Assembly (NCBI GenBank): GCA_040776945.1
Contig: JAXGZN010000002.1
Span: 512,001 to 576,000, forward strand
DNA from: Methanomassiliicoccaceae archaeon
GTDB taxonomy: Archaea > Thermoplasmatota > Thermoplasmata > Methanomassiliicoccales > Methanomassiliicoccaceae
Length of the DNA: 64,000 nucleotides
Direction of reading: 5' to 3'
Shown here: positions 39,148-49,466 of the stretch, in pieces
Layout: each line of letters opens with the position of its first letter
Numbering within the stretch: the stretch's first letter is position 1
Program-made: the position numbers and the translations under genes
Notes under the pieces: model-generated
Database searches by the model: none
Told to the model about the DNA's origin: nothing
The model's input: the letters and a program-made list of their open reading frames with translations, nothing else

Positions 39148-39243
39148 GGACTCGTAGTGTAGCTTGGATATCACTGAGGCCTCCGGTGGTCCTTTCAGGT
39201 CCAGGGAAAGCCTCGAACGGGGGTTCGAATCCCCCCGAGTCCG
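39148..39243 (+). tRNA. tRNA-Arg(CCG) with a 22-nt intron at 37/38 (39187-39208)
   Basis: GGACTCG/CGAGTCC acceptor stem; GAGGC-CTCCGG[intron]A-GCCTC anticodon arm; GGGGG-TTCGAAT-CCCCC T-arm. Confidence 0.9.
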
Positions 39244-39841
39244 CCTTTATTTGGGCGCTTTGCAGATCGTTAATGATAGGGGGTTTCTCGCAATACCTGG
39301 GTCATTTCTTAGCGAGAAGGCTCAGAGATCTCTTTCGGCCCTTCACCCTTGGCCATCGCCCCGAAAAATTGCATTATGGAAGAAAGGGAAAGGGCCGAGG
39401 GAGAAGGATGGCATTCGATTGTATTCAGGACCGGACCGATCTAATTTTCCATCATTTGAGCGCGATCGAGCCTTGCCCTCGCTATGGAACGGGGTCTGAC
39501 CGCGGCATTGGCTCTCCCGTTCCTGCCTATCCTTGACCAAAGGCGGCCCGTTCCGTGAGGTGTCTGGGCCGCGACGATCGGTGAACGAACGTCGATCATT
39601 ATCGCATCACCGATGGACAACGGACGGTTCGCAAGCCCGGGAGTGCCGACCATCTTCAGCCGGTGAAAATGAGGAGCGTTTCGCCTTGAGGTGGAGCAAG
39701 GCAAAGCCGATCAAGGCCTAAGCTCCCTATGACCAGGGAGGACGGTAGCGGGACAGACGGCCCCTGTGTTGTTCCCTGACAAGTACCGCCCACGGACAGC
39801 AGTATGCTTTATCTGACCCCCGGTCGTTGTCGGCCCCGACA

Positions 39842-40765
39842 ATGACTCCCTCTATCGTGGCGGACGGCCTCACCAAGAAGTTCGGTGACCTTCTCGCCGT
39901 GGACAACATCTCCTTTTCGGTCGAGAAGGGCGAGTTCTTCGGCCTCCTCGGTCCCAACGGGGCAGGGAAGACCACGACCATACGCATTCTCACTGGCGTG
40001 CTGAAGCCAGAGGCCGGCAAAGTTACGATCGACGGCATAGATCTGAGGAAGGACCCCCTGATTGCCAAAGAGAGGATGGGAGTGATCCCCGAGGTCGGAA
40101 CAGTATATCCAGATATTACCGCCCGGGAGAACCTGGAGCTCTTCGGACGCTTCTATGGACTTTCAAGGAGATCAAGGGAGGATAGAGCGGACCAGATGCT
40201 CAAAGACCTCGGGCTCCATGACCGGGCCGATAGTCCGGTGAAAGGCTTCTCCAAGGGGATGAAGCAGAGGATAAGCATCGGATGCGCCATGGTCCATGAG
40301 CCATCGGTCCTGTTCCTGGACGAGCCGACCGAGGGCTTGGACGTCCAGAGCCGAAGGCTGATAGTGGACAAGGTCAAGGCCATGAACGCCAAGGGCTGCA
40401 CCGTGGTCCTCACGACCCACAACATAGAGGACGCCAGCCGCCTGTGCCAGAGGGTCTGCATCATCAATAAGGGTAAGATCATCGCCATAGATACGCCGGA
40501 GCACCTGAGGTCGGCCTATGAGCGGACAAGGTCGATCGAGGTCTCGTTCGATCGCAAGGTGGACTGTTCCCTCTTCTCAGCGAGATGCGTGACCAAGGCA
40601 GAGGAGTACGGCGACAAGCTTAGGATCCACACCTCTAACGTGGACGAGGCCATCGGAGAGATAATGAGGATCAAGGAGGAGCATGGACTGAACATCATAT
40701 CCATGTCCACGCTCGGGCCGAGCCTGGAGGATGTTTTCGTTAAGCTCACGGAGGAGGCCAAATGA
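39842..40765 (+). CDS. ABC-2 exporter ATP-binding subunit (DrrA-like)
   Basis: GPNGAGKTT, FSKGMKQR, LFLDEPT, TTH. Confidence 0.92.
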   Translation: MTPSIVADGLTKKFGDLLAVDNISFSVEKGEFFGLLGPNGAGKTTTIRILTGVLKPEAGKVTIDGIDLRKDPLIAKERMGVIPEVGTVYPDITARENLELFGRFYGLSRRSREDRADQMLKDLGLHDRADSPVKGFSKGMKQRISIGCAMVHEPSVLFLDEPTEGLDVQSRRLIVDKVKAMNAKGCTVVLTTHNIEDASRLCQRVCIINKGKIIAIDTPEHLRSAYERTRSIEVSFDRKVDCSLFSARCVTKAEEYGDKLRIHTSNVDEAIGEIMRIKEEHGLNIISMSTLGPSLEDVFVKLTEEAK

Positions 40766-41514
40766 GGTATTCGATATTCCTGCGGGGGGCCGTGGCCACC
40801 GCTCGCAAGGACATCAGGATCTATTACCGCAAGGCGCCGGTTTTCATCTTCGGACTCATTCTTCCGACCTTTCTGTTCTTCGCTTTCTTCGTCGGCCGCC
40901 AACTGAACATCGCCCAGTACTTCCCCGGCTTCCTGGCCATGACCATATTCTTCACCGCCTCCTCGGTCGGGCCGCTGATAATACCATGGGAGAAGCAGGC
41001 AGGCACCTTCGAAAGATTGCTGACCCTGCCGGTCAGCATACCGACCATCGTGCTCGGCGACACTATGGCGGGGATGCTGTTCGGGATAATGATAAGCCTC
41101 ATCGTCATGCTCTTTGGCGGGGCGATCCTGGCAATATCGATGCCGCTGGCCTCCATCGCGGTCTTGCTGGTCCTTTTTCTACTGGGCAACCTCTGTTTCG
41201 CCTCTCTAGGCGTGCTGCTTTCCGCTCCGGCAGGCAGGGTACCATCCAACGTGATGATGCTGTCGTCGCTGGTCAGGTTCCCCCTGATATTCATATCTGG
41301 GATCTTCACGCCCCTGACCGAGCTCACTGGGGCCGCCCGGACCATCAGCATGTTCTCTCCCCTGACCTATCTCTCGGACGGGCTCAACGCGGCCATGTCT
41401 CAGCCGTCGGTGATGCCCGTGCTCGTCGATATGGCGGTGCTGGTCTTTTTCACGGCGGTGTTCCTGGTGGCCGCAAGCGTGGTGCTGGAGAGGAAGGCCT
41501 TGAAGGGGCTGTGA
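40762..41514 (+). CDS. ABC-2 exporter permease
   Basis: About 6 TM helices, EKQAGTFERLL, SGIFTP, SPLTY. Confidence 0.9.
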   Translation: MRYSIFLRGAVATARKDIRIYYRKAPVFIFGLILPTFLFFAFFVGRQLNIAQYFPGFLAMTIFFTASSVGPLIIPWEKQAGTFERLLTLPVSIPTIVLGDTMAGMLFGIMISLIVMLFGGAILAISMPLASIAVLLVLFLLGNLCFASLGVLLSAPAGRVPSNVMMLSSLVRFPLIFISGIFTPLTELTGAARTISMFSPLTYLSDGLNAAMSQPSVMPVLVDMAVLVFFTAVFLVAASVVLERKALKGL

Positions 41515-41632
41515 ATCGTTCCCCCGGACCGCTACCGCTTCAGGGTCTTGGCGACCCTGCCTTCCAAAGGGTCTAATGAGGTCTACTGGCACGTTCAGAT
41601 GGTCCGGACGGACATCACAGGGCAACGGGGTT

Positions 41633-44275
41633 TCAGTTCGTTCCCAGTCCTGAGCCTTTCCCTTCTTCGCTCTCATCAAGGTCCTGAGAGTGGCGGCGAT
41701 AGAACAGCGATTTCATCAGCTCCACGAGCAAAAAGTACGATGCCACGAACACGATCAGGAAGATGTAGAAGGAAGGAGGCAGAGGGACGAACGAAAATAT
41801 GCCAGATAGCGGGGAAAAGGGGAGCATCAAGGCGAAGGACACCACCAGAACTGTCGTAACGACCAACGGCAGGCTCGGCCTGCTCCTGAAGAATGGTCTT
41901 TTTCTTGTGCGTATCGCGAAGACGATCAGGGTCTGGGTGGCGATGGATTCGACGAACCAGGCCGTTTGGAACATGGCGTCCGTGGCATGGAATAGGAAGA
42001 TCAGGGCCCCGAAGGTAAGGAAATCATATATGGAGCTGATCGGTCCGAAGAAGATCATGAACTCGCGGATATATCGAATGTTCATGCGTTTCGGTCTCTC
42101 GACATATTCCTGGTCGACATTGTCGGTGGGTATCGTTGTCTCCGATAGGTTGTAGAGCAGGTTCAACAAAAGGAGCTGCAGCGGCAGCATGGGAAGGAAG
42201 GAAAGGAAGATCGAGGCGCCTGCCGCGCTGAACATGTTGCCGAAGTTTGAGCTGATGCCCATCTGGATATACTTCATGGTATTGCCGAAGGTCTTGCGCC
42301 CCTCCATCACCCCATCGTTGAGCACGCGGAGATCGTTCTTCATCAGTATGATGTCCGCCGCCCCCTTGGCCACGTCCACGGCATTGTTGACCGATATGCC
42401 CACGTCGGCGGCACGGATGGAGGGCGCGTCGTTCACCCCGTCGCCCATGTATCCGACCACATGGCCGTTGGCCTTCAGCGCCAAGATGATGTCATCCTTC
42501 TGGGACGGGTTCACACGGGCGAAGATGTTGGCCCGCTCCACCGCGTTCCCGAGGTCCGCCTTGGACATCTTCTCGATGTCCCTGCCCGTCAAAACGCCGG
42601 TGACCTGAAGGCCGATCTCCGAGCACACCTTCTTGGTGACGAGGTCGCTGTCACCGGTGATGATCTTAAGCTCTATCCCAGATCCCTGAAGGACCTTGAT
42701 GGAATCCTTGGCGCTCTCCTTGGGAGGGTCAAGGAAGGCGACAAAGCCTACGAAAACCAGATCGACCTCATCGTCAACGCTGAACGATCTTCTTTCATGC
42801 CCCACGGGCCTGAAAGCAACGGCCAACAGCCGGAGGCCGTCCAGGCTCATGGACCGTGACAGCTCGGCGATCGATCCCAACGCTTCCTGGTCCAGCGGCC
42901 GCCGCTTGCCCTTGAGCTCGTAGGTCCGGGCATCCTTGATGACCTCCTCCGGCGCCCCCTTGGTTATCAAGATGGTCTCGGGCCCCCTTCTGACGACCAC
43001 GGTCGCCTTCTTCCTCACGAAGTCGAAGGGTATCTCGTCGATCTTCTCGATCTCGCCGGCGTCCACGCCTCCATGGGACAAGATGGCCGCGTCCAAGGGG
43101 CTCTTTATCCCCGTCCCCATGGAACTGTTGATGTAGGATAGCTGGAGCACCAGCGCATCGTCCTCCCCCCGGGCGTCAACGAACTTGACCGCCGCCACCT
43201 CGTTCTCGGTGAGCGTGCCGGTCTTGTCCGTGCACAGCACGTCCATGCTGCCGTAGTTCTGGATCGACTCCAGCCTCTTGACCACCACATCCTTCCTGCT
43301 CATGTGCAGGGCGCCCTCGGAAAGGTTGATGGTGATGATCATGGGCAGCAGTTCCGGCGTGAGGCCAACGGCCAGTGCAACGGAGAATAGGAGAGATTGC
43401 AGCAGATCACGTTCATCCAGAACATTGATCAGGAAGACGAAGACGATCAGAACGATGGTCACCCTCATGATGAGGTAGCCGAACCTGCGAGAGCCCCGCT
43501 CGAACTCCGTCAGCGGTCTTCGCTGGACAAGACGCTCAACTATGTGCGCGTACTCGGTGGAGCGCCCGGTCCGCACCACCACCGCCTTGGCCGATCCCCC
43601 GGTCACCGAGGTCCCCAGGAAGAGATAGTTGGTCCAGTTGGCGGATTCCTGCACCATGTCCTCTCTCAACGCTCCAGCGCTCTTCTCGACGGGGAACGAT
43701 TCCCCCGTCAGGACGGATTGGTCGATGTACAGGTCCTTGCTGTCAAGTATCCGGCACCCGGCGGGAACGATGTCTCCGCTGGATAGCAGAACGATATCTC
43801 CTGGGACGAGATCGGCCAAAGGGACCTCTTTTCTCTCCCCGCCCCTCATTACCGTTGCTGTTAGCGCCACCTTTCTGCTCAATTCTTCCGACGCCCTTTC
43901 CGCGCGCCGCTCCTGCACGAACTGGAGGCTGCTGGAGAGGACGACGATGGTGAAGATGACGGCCGCGGAAACGGGGTCACCGGTAAGGACGGTCAGGGAC
44001 CCTGCCGCCAAGAGGATCAGGGATAGGGGGTCCGCGAAGTACCTCCCGAACTTCACCAGCCGATTCTCTTTTTTTCGCTGGACCAGCTCGTTCTTCCCAT
44101 AGACACCGAGCCTGCGGCCGGCATCCTGCGGGTCAAGGCCGGCCTCGGAACTGTTCAATCTTTCCAATAGCTCCGCTCTCTCAAGAGTGAGGAGATCGGA
44201 TATGGAGACGAGACCTTCCTTATCGAAGGCCGGGTCGTTCCCTGCCTTTGAAGCGGCCATCTTCTCCTTCACCAT
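41633..44275 (-). CDS. mgtA: Mg2+-translocating P-type ATPase
   Basis: LTGES, AVGLTPELLP, CTDKTGT, GDGVND, SSNFGNMFS, FQTAWFVES. Confidence 0.93.
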   Translation of the reverse strand: MVKEKMAASKAGNDPAFDKEGLVSISDLLTLERAELLERLNSSEAGLDPQDAGRRLGVYGKNELVQRKKENRLVKFGRYFADPLSLILLAAGSLTVLTGDPVSAAVIFTIVVLSSSLQFVQERRAERASEELSRKVALTATVMRGGERKEVPLADLVPGDIVLLSSGDIVPAGCRILDSKDLYIDQSVLTGESFPVEKSAGALREDMVQESANWTNYLFLGTSVTGGSAKAVVVRTGRSTEYAHIVERLVQRRPLTEFERGSRRFGYLIMRVTIVLIVFVFLINVLDERDLLQSLLFSVALAVGLTPELLPMIITINLSEGALHMSRKDVVVKRLESIQNYGSMDVLCTDKTGTLTENEVAAVKFVDARGEDDALVLQLSYINSSMGTGIKSPLDAAILSHGGVDAGEIEKIDEIPFDFVRKKATVVVRRGPETILITKGAPEEVIKDARTYELKGKRRPLDQEALGSIAELSRSMSLDGLRLLAVAFRPVGHERRSFSVDDEVDLVFVGFVAFLDPPKESAKDSIKVLQGSGIELKIITGDSDLVTKKVCSEIGLQVTGVLTGRDIEKMSKADLGNAVERANIFARVNPSQKDDIILALKANGHVVGYMGDGVNDAPSIRAADVGISVNNAVDVAKGAADIILMKNDLRVLNDGVMEGRKTFGNTMKYIQMGISSNFGNMFSAAGASIFLSFLPMLPLQLLLLNLLYNLSETTIPTDNVDQEYVERPKRMNIRYIREFMIFFGPISSIYDFLTFGALIFLFHATDAMFQTAWFVESIATQTLIVFAIRTRKRPFFRSRPSLPLVVTTVLVVSFALMLPFSPLSGIFSFVPLPPSFYIFLIVFVASYFLLVELMKSLFYRRHSQDLDESEEGKGSGLGTN

Positions 44276-44717
44276 GGGCTCTCTGATGCATTTTTCCAGG
44301 ACTCGCTAGATAAAGACATCGGCAATGGCATTTCGAACGAACCTTCCCCGGGAAGCGGCATCCCGGGACACGTTGCTCACGCGTTCCATATCATCTGCGG
44401 TTCTCCCGCCCACCTAGGCGGATGATCGGCGGAAGAGGGGCCGCGCTCCCGGAGGCGTCCCGCGAAGGGACAGGGCTCTCAGGCTGCCTCACGGATGTTC
44501 ACCTCCTCCCAGGGAGCTCCAGGGCTATAGGAACGCCATAATGGGGAGCGGCCTTTCTGTCCCAGGCCTACAAAAGTGCGTCGCTCCGTTGTACGCGGCT
44601 GAAAAATCCATCTAAACGTGTTGGGATTGGCGACGACTCCCTCAGGTTCTGCCAGTTTCCATCCCAGTGCCCTAGGTGGTCATGTAGTAGAACATATGTC
44701 GCGTCTGCGAGGCCCGC

Positions 44718-45851
44718 CTACCTCCGGAACTTTGTCCGGTTCCGATAGATCATCAGTGCGACCACGGTGGTCGATACTCCCACGAATACGAAGATGTAGG
44801 CCAACAGGTATGGGCCGATCTCAATGGGAGGGCCCGCGACAGGGTCAACGGTACGGTCCGTCTGCGAAAGCACAACTATGGTGATCAGGTCCCTCGCAGT
44901 GCTGCCCTCCGCGTCGGTCACCAGCAATCTGACCGTATAGGTGCCAGCCTCATGATATTCGTAGGAGAAGGATGCACTGGTGAAAACCCCGCCGTCCCCA
45001 GTGGACCATGAGTACGAATAGGGCGCGACCCCGCCGGCGACCTCTGCGGACAGGGCCGTGTTTAGCGGGGACCTTCCGTTCGTAGCGGTGGATAGGATGG
45101 TAGCGATCATCTGAGCGGCCATAACGGTAACGGTCACGCTGGCCTCGGACCTCGTTCCCACGCTGTCGGTGACCTCCAACGTGACGTTATAGCGGCCAGA
45201 TCTGGCGTATCTGTGCTCAATGTCGGGGTCCTCTGAGGTCGAACCATCTCCGAAGCTCCAAGCATAAGAATATGGTCCGATGCCGCCTGTGACGCGAGAA
45301 TTGAAGGCCACGTCCAGGGGCGCGGGGCCGCCAATGGAAGCGGCAGTGATGGCGACCGTGAGTGGCGGAGGCTCATTGATCGTGAAGTTCGCGGCCAGCT
45401 TCTTCGTGGCCTGATCAAGGATCGTGAGGGTCTGGCCTTTGACATAGATGATTCCCTCGTAGATGCCAGGAACTACGCCCGCTGTGGTGAGCGTTCCCTT
45501 AAGGGTGACCGACCCTCCCTTGGGAATGGACTTGTTCCCGATAAGTTGTATTTCATCCGTCCTGTTGTTCCATTTGATCTCGTACCTTGCTTCGACGATA
45601 TTGATCGCCGTGTTCCCTTCGTTCGTGAGATCGACCTCGAACTGCACTGTCTGGTTAGGATAAGCCGAGTCGGGACGGACAACATAGTCCTTGATCTCCC
45701 AGGCCGACGCGGTCCCGCTGGCCGCGAACAAGACGCCGCCCATTATGGCGGCGGAGATGACGATCGCTGCTGAGGTCAGTGCACCAAATCGCTTCAACTT
45801 ATCAAGAGGCGGCACGGTCTGTGGGAACTTAACATTTACTTCGCGGCCCAT
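44718..45851 (-). CDS. Membrane-anchored surface protein with two PKD domains
   Basis: N-terminal signal segment; YSYAWSFGDG and YSYSWSTGDG; C-terminal TM helix with basic tail. Confidence 0.85.
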   Translation of the reverse strand: MGREVNVKFPQTVPPLDKLKRFGALTSAAIVISAAIMGGVLFAASGTASAWEIKDYVVRPDSAYPNQTVQFEVDLTNEGNTAINIVEARYEIKWNNRTDEIQLIGNKSIPKGGSVTLKGTLTTAGVVPGIYEGIIYVKGQTLTILDQATKKLAANFTINEPPPLTVAITAASIGGPAPLDVAFNSRVTGGIGPYSYAWSFGDGSTSEDPDIEHRYARSGRYNVTLEVTDSVGTRSEASVTVTVMAAQMIATILSTATNGRSPLNTALSAEVAGGVAPYSYSWSTGDGGVFTSASFSYEYHEAGTYTVRLLVTDAEGSTARDLITIVVLSQTDRTVDPVAGPPIEIGPYLLAYIFVFVGVSTTVVALMIYRNRTKFRR

Positions 45852-45924
45852 GTCATCCCATCGAGGGCAGGCATGAGGCCGTGCAGGATGTCCCGCGAGA
45901 TCACACCTCTATATTCTTCAGCGC

Positions 45925-46425
45925 TCACTGGACATATATTTTGGTGAACGAATCGGCACTGAGCTCGGACAAGGGGACCGGCACCGTGATGATCAACTGC
46001 GACAGGCTCTCTCCCGGGCCAAGGGTCACCGTCCGTGAGTTCATGTAGGTGTTCCCGGAAGGAGTATGGACCTCGCAGACCACGGAAGCGGTCCGCTCGA
46101 AGAACGCGTTATCGTTGCGTATCTCGGCCGTGAACACGAAGCCGAGCCCGATGTTGACAGACGTGGACCTGGTGACGGATATTCCCGGCAGGAGAACATA
46201 GCCGAGCGCTAGGAGGACGACGATGGCAAGGGCTCCGAGAACGATGAGCCTGCCGCGCCTCTTCCCTGGGGGCACGTACGGAGCGCTACCGGAAGGCGTC
46301 ATTCTCGAACCACAGGAATTGCAGAAGGCCGCGCCCTCCTCGTTCGTCTTGCCACATCTGTAACATGTTGCCAAACCGTCACCGGGCTCGAGAGACAATG
46401 GGCCGACAAAAAGGTTTGGCGGCAA
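45925..46425 (-). CDS. Zinc-ribbon, single-TM membrane protein (start possibly near 46371)
   Basis: CYRCG..FCNSCG, TM helix, beta-rich C-terminal domain. Confidence 0.7.
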   Translation of the reverse strand: MPPNLFVGPLSLEPGDGLATCYRCGKTNEEGAAFCNSCGSRMTPSGSAPYVPPGKRRGRLIVLGALAIVVLLALGYVLLPGISVTRSTSVNIGLGFVFTAEIRNDNAFFERTASVVCEVHTPSGNTYMNSRTVTLGPGESLSQLIITVPVPLSELSADSFTKIYVQ

Positions 46426-46478
46426 TTCTCTGCAAGGGGGCTTTCCGACGACAAAGGTCCGCGCGGGCGGTCCTCGTC

Positions 46479-46922
46479 CTAGCTTTTACTGGTCGTCCGG
46501 ATGACCATCACCGGGCAATGGGCAAACCTGACGACCTTTTCCGCCACACTGCCCAGGAGGAAATGCCTAGCTCCGGTATGGCCCCTGGTGGCCATTACCA
46601 CCAGGTCATGTTCCCTGGAAGTCTCAATGATATCGCGCGCCGGCGATCCCCTGGTGACGATGGCCTTGGCCCGCACCCCCGCCTCTTCGGCCGCCCTCAT
46701 CGCGGCCTCCGCCGCGGCCTCCGCCGCTTTCTGCTGATAGCCGTATACGTCCGGCATCCCCATGCCCTGCTGGATGCTTACGGCGGCCTGGATATCGATG
46801 ATGCTCATGATAGTTACCTCGGCCCCCATGATCTTGGCCAGTCCAATGCCTCTTAGCACAGCGGCCTGGGCGTTCATGCTCCCGTCGGTGGGTATAAGTA
46901 TCCGCTTGTACAGGGCCATCAT
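46479..46922 (-). CDS. Universal stress protein
   Basis: ILIPTDGS, GSPA, LLGSVAEKVVR. Confidence 0.92.
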   Translation of the reverse strand: MMALYKRILIPTDGSMNAQAAVLRGIGLAKIMGAEVTIMSIIDIQAAVSIQQGMGMPDVYGYQQKAAEAAAEAAMRAAEEAGVRAKAIVTRGSPARDIIETSREHDLVVMATRGHTGARHFLLGSVAEKVVRFAHCPVMVIRTTSKS

Positions 46923-46988
46923 ATCACCATATCGGCTGCTGGAACATAGCCCGTTCGGTGCTTGCAGTGGGACACGCCTCCAGAGAGG

Positions 46989-48710
46989 TCACTTTCCAGC
47001 CTCCTTTTCCAGGCCGCACCTATCGAGCATGGGTGCGGAGGGCTCTCCCCTGTCCTTAAAGGAGGTGCTCGCCCCGGCCTCATGATACTCCTCCGAGCTC
47101 TTGAGAGGCACGCTCTTGATCATCACGCTCACCGCCAGCACTGAAAGCACGATGACCGCCCCCATGAAGAACGCGTAGGTGATGCTGTCGCTCAGGGCCA
47201 GTCTGACGATCTCCAATATATGGTCGGGTAGGGGAGGATCGGCCGGGACCAGGAGAAGCTGGCCAAGGCTGTTGGCGCCGGCAGGGAGCCGGTCCAGCTG
47301 TTCAGGGGTGAAGCTGCCAGATAGCTTGCTCACCATCCGTGAACTGACGATGCCGCCCATGACCGCGATCCCCACGGTCCCGCCTATGCTGCGGAACAGG
47401 CTCATGGAGCCGGTGGCGACCCCCATGTCTTTCTTGGGCATCACGTTCTGGGCCGCTACGATATAGTTGGACATCAGCGCCCCCAGGCCGGCGCCCGTGA
47501 CTATCAGGAAGGCCACGGCCTCCGCGGCGGTGCTGCCGGAATGAAGCGTGGAGAGAAGGTACATGCCCAATGCGCAGATCGGAGGGCCGATCACGAGCCA
47601 GATCTTGTAGCCTGTACGCCTCAGCAGGAAGCCGCTCCCTATCGAGGTCAACATGGCCCCGAACATGAGCGGGATGATCAGTTCCCCGCTGTTGCTGGCG
47701 CTCATCCCCACCACCGCCTGGAGGAAGAGCGGGAGGTAGGATATCACTCCGAACATGCCGAAGGCCATGACGAAAAGGCCCACGCTCCCAAGGCTGAAGA
47801 TCGGCTCCTTGAAAAGTCTGAGAGGGAGGATAGGGTCGGCCGCTCTCTTCTCGATTAGGACAAAGGCGGACAGGCATGCCATCGACAGCGCGGTCAGTCC
47901 CACGATCTCAAAGCTGGTCCAGGCGTATGTGCTTCCGCCCCAAGTTATCACCAGCAGGGCGGGGGCCAGCGCGCCGATAAGGGCGATCATGCCCGCGTAG
48001 TCCACCGGCAGGTTCCCGCGGTCGGTGAGCTTGGGGAACTTCATCGAGGTCACCAGTATGGCGAACAGGCCAACAGGCAAGTTGACGTAGAAGACCCACC
48101 GCCAGTCCGTATGATCGACTATGTAGCCACCCATCAGCGGTCCGACGATGGTTGAGAGGGCGAACACAGCACCCAGCATCCCCTGTATCTTTCCGCGCTC
48201 GGTCGGCGCGTAGAGGTCGGCAACGGTGGCCATGGAGATGGGCATCATCGTTCCGGCGCCAAGGCCCTGAACGAACCGGCAGGCGACCAGCATCTCCATC
48301 GAGCTGGACATCCCGGCGAGGAACGAACCGGCCATGAACACCACCATCCCTATCATGAAGATGGGCTTCCGTCCGGACCGATCGGAGAGCTTGCCCGCGA
48401 TCGGTATCACCACGGTCTCCGCCAACATGTAGGCGGTGAACAGCCACGAGTAGAGACCCATTCCGCCGAGCTCGCTCACTATCTTGGGCAGTGCTGTGCC
48501 AACGACCGTCTGGTCCAGGCTAGCCAGCAGCATGCCTAGGGCGAGGCCGAGCATGATGAAGGACCGGCTGCGGGTCCTCCTGTACTTTGCCGCCTCCTCC
48601 TCGCTCATGGTGGCCGGGCCGTCTATCGTCTTGCTCCTCCTTTTTAGCATGAGATGCTCCTTGACATGGTGATCATTCATTATGGACGTCGTCAGCCGGG
48701 GGATGCCCAC
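46989..48710 (-). CDS. MFS drug:H+ antiporter (DHA2/EmrB family); start uncertain
   Basis: LDQTVVGTALP, GKLSDRSGRK, WRWVFYVNLP; about 14 TM helices. Confidence 0.9.
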   Translation of the reverse strand: MGIPRLTTSIMNDHHVKEHLMLKRRSKTIDGPATMSEEEAAKYRRTRSRSFIMLGLALGMLLASLDQTVVGTALPKIVSELGGMGLYSWLFTAYMLAETVVIPIAGKLSDRSGRKPIFMIGMVVFMAGSFLAGMSSSMEMLVACRFVQGLGAGTMMPISMATVADLYAPTERGKIQGMLGAVFALSTIVGPLMGGYIVDHTDWRWVFYVNLPVGLFAILVTSMKFPKLTDRGNLPVDYAGMIALIGALAPALLVITWGGSTYAWTSFEIVGLTALSMACLSAFVLIEKRAADPILPLRLFKEPIFSLGSVGLFVMAFGMFGVISYLPLFLQAVVGMSASNSGELIIPLMFGAMLTSIGSGFLLRRTGYKIWLVIGPPICALGMYLLSTLHSGSTAAEAVAFLIVTGAGLGALMSNYIVAAQNVMPKKDMGVATGSMSLFRSIGGTVGIAVMGGIVSSRMVSKLSGSFTPEQLDRLPAGANSLGQLLLVPADPPLPDHILEIVRLALSDSITYAFFMGAVIVLSVLAVSVMIKSVPLKSSEEYHEAGASTSFKDRGEPSAPMLDRCGLEKEAGK

Positions 48711-49317
48711 TGTTGGCGAGCGTCCCGGGCCTCATTCCCAGCAGCCTCTCGCTCAGCACCTGCATTGCTTGGCGTTGCTGCCGCAGCTCCGTTCCCGCAC
48801 GGGTCTCCGGCAGCTCATTGCTCAGGCCGTAGGCCATTGACAACAGCGCAATAGCGGTCTCTCTCGGCAGGTCCGTGTCGAAAAGACCTTCCTTCACACC
48901 TTGACGGACGATATCCTCCATCGGCCCGGTCATGAACGACAGTGCCCGCCTCTCCATCGACAGCCTGATCGAACGGTTCCTCTCCTGGCGGAAGTAGGAC
49001 ATGAGCGTTGAGGAGCGGGAGGCCACGTCCTGCCGAGCGTCCATCAGGGCGTTCAAGCGCTCGACGGCATTGAGCCCCTCCCTCCTCATGACCTCGGCGA
49101 TTGCCGATTCTATCTCGTCCTGAAGCATTTCCAGAAGGATTGCGAGCACTTCCTCCTTGGACCCGAAATAATAGTAGAACAGGCCTTTGGCCACCCCCAC
49201 CCGGGCAGCGACGTCATCGATGGAGGTGTTCTCGAACCCCTTTTCATTGAAGAGGCATCGCGCCGCCTGGATGAACTCATTCCTTCTATCATTGCGGGTC
49301 GCCGCAGAGTGCCCCAT
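48673..49317 (-). CDS. TetR/AcrR family regulator
   Basis: LFNEKGFENTSIDDVAARVGVAKGLFYYYFGSKEE. Confidence 0.92.
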   Translation of the reverse strand: MGHSAATRNDRRNEFIQAARCLFNEKGFENTSIDDVAARVGVAKGLFYYYFGSKEEVLAILLEMLQDEIESAIAEVMRREGLNAVERLNALMDARQDVASRSSTLMSYFRQERNRSIRLSMERRALSFMTGPMEDIVRQGVKEGLFDTDLPRETAIALLSMAYGLSNELPETRAGTELRQQRQAMQVLSERLLGMRPGTLANSGHPPADDVHNE

Positions 49318-49327
49318 CTTGATCAGC

Positions 49328-49340
49328 TGACCGTCAGTCA
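49328..49340. promoter_or_regulatory. Putative TetR operator TGAC-N5-GTCA
   Basis: TGACCGTCAGTCA between the AT-rich box and the tetR start. Confidence 0.5.
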
Positions 49341-49466
49341 AATGAAAGCTCATATTTATGCGTTGCTTGCCCGGGGCCCATCATCAGCATTTGGTCAAGA
49401 AGGCCCCAAAGCATCGACCGGAAATAGGAAAAGGGTTTTATCGGCCAAGGGTCTAGAGGAGACCGC

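Noticed and set aside
39244-39826. Integrated element downstream of tRNA-Arg
   Set aside because: No integrase and no duplicated tRNA-Arg 3' end were seen; the short ORFs there lack motifs.
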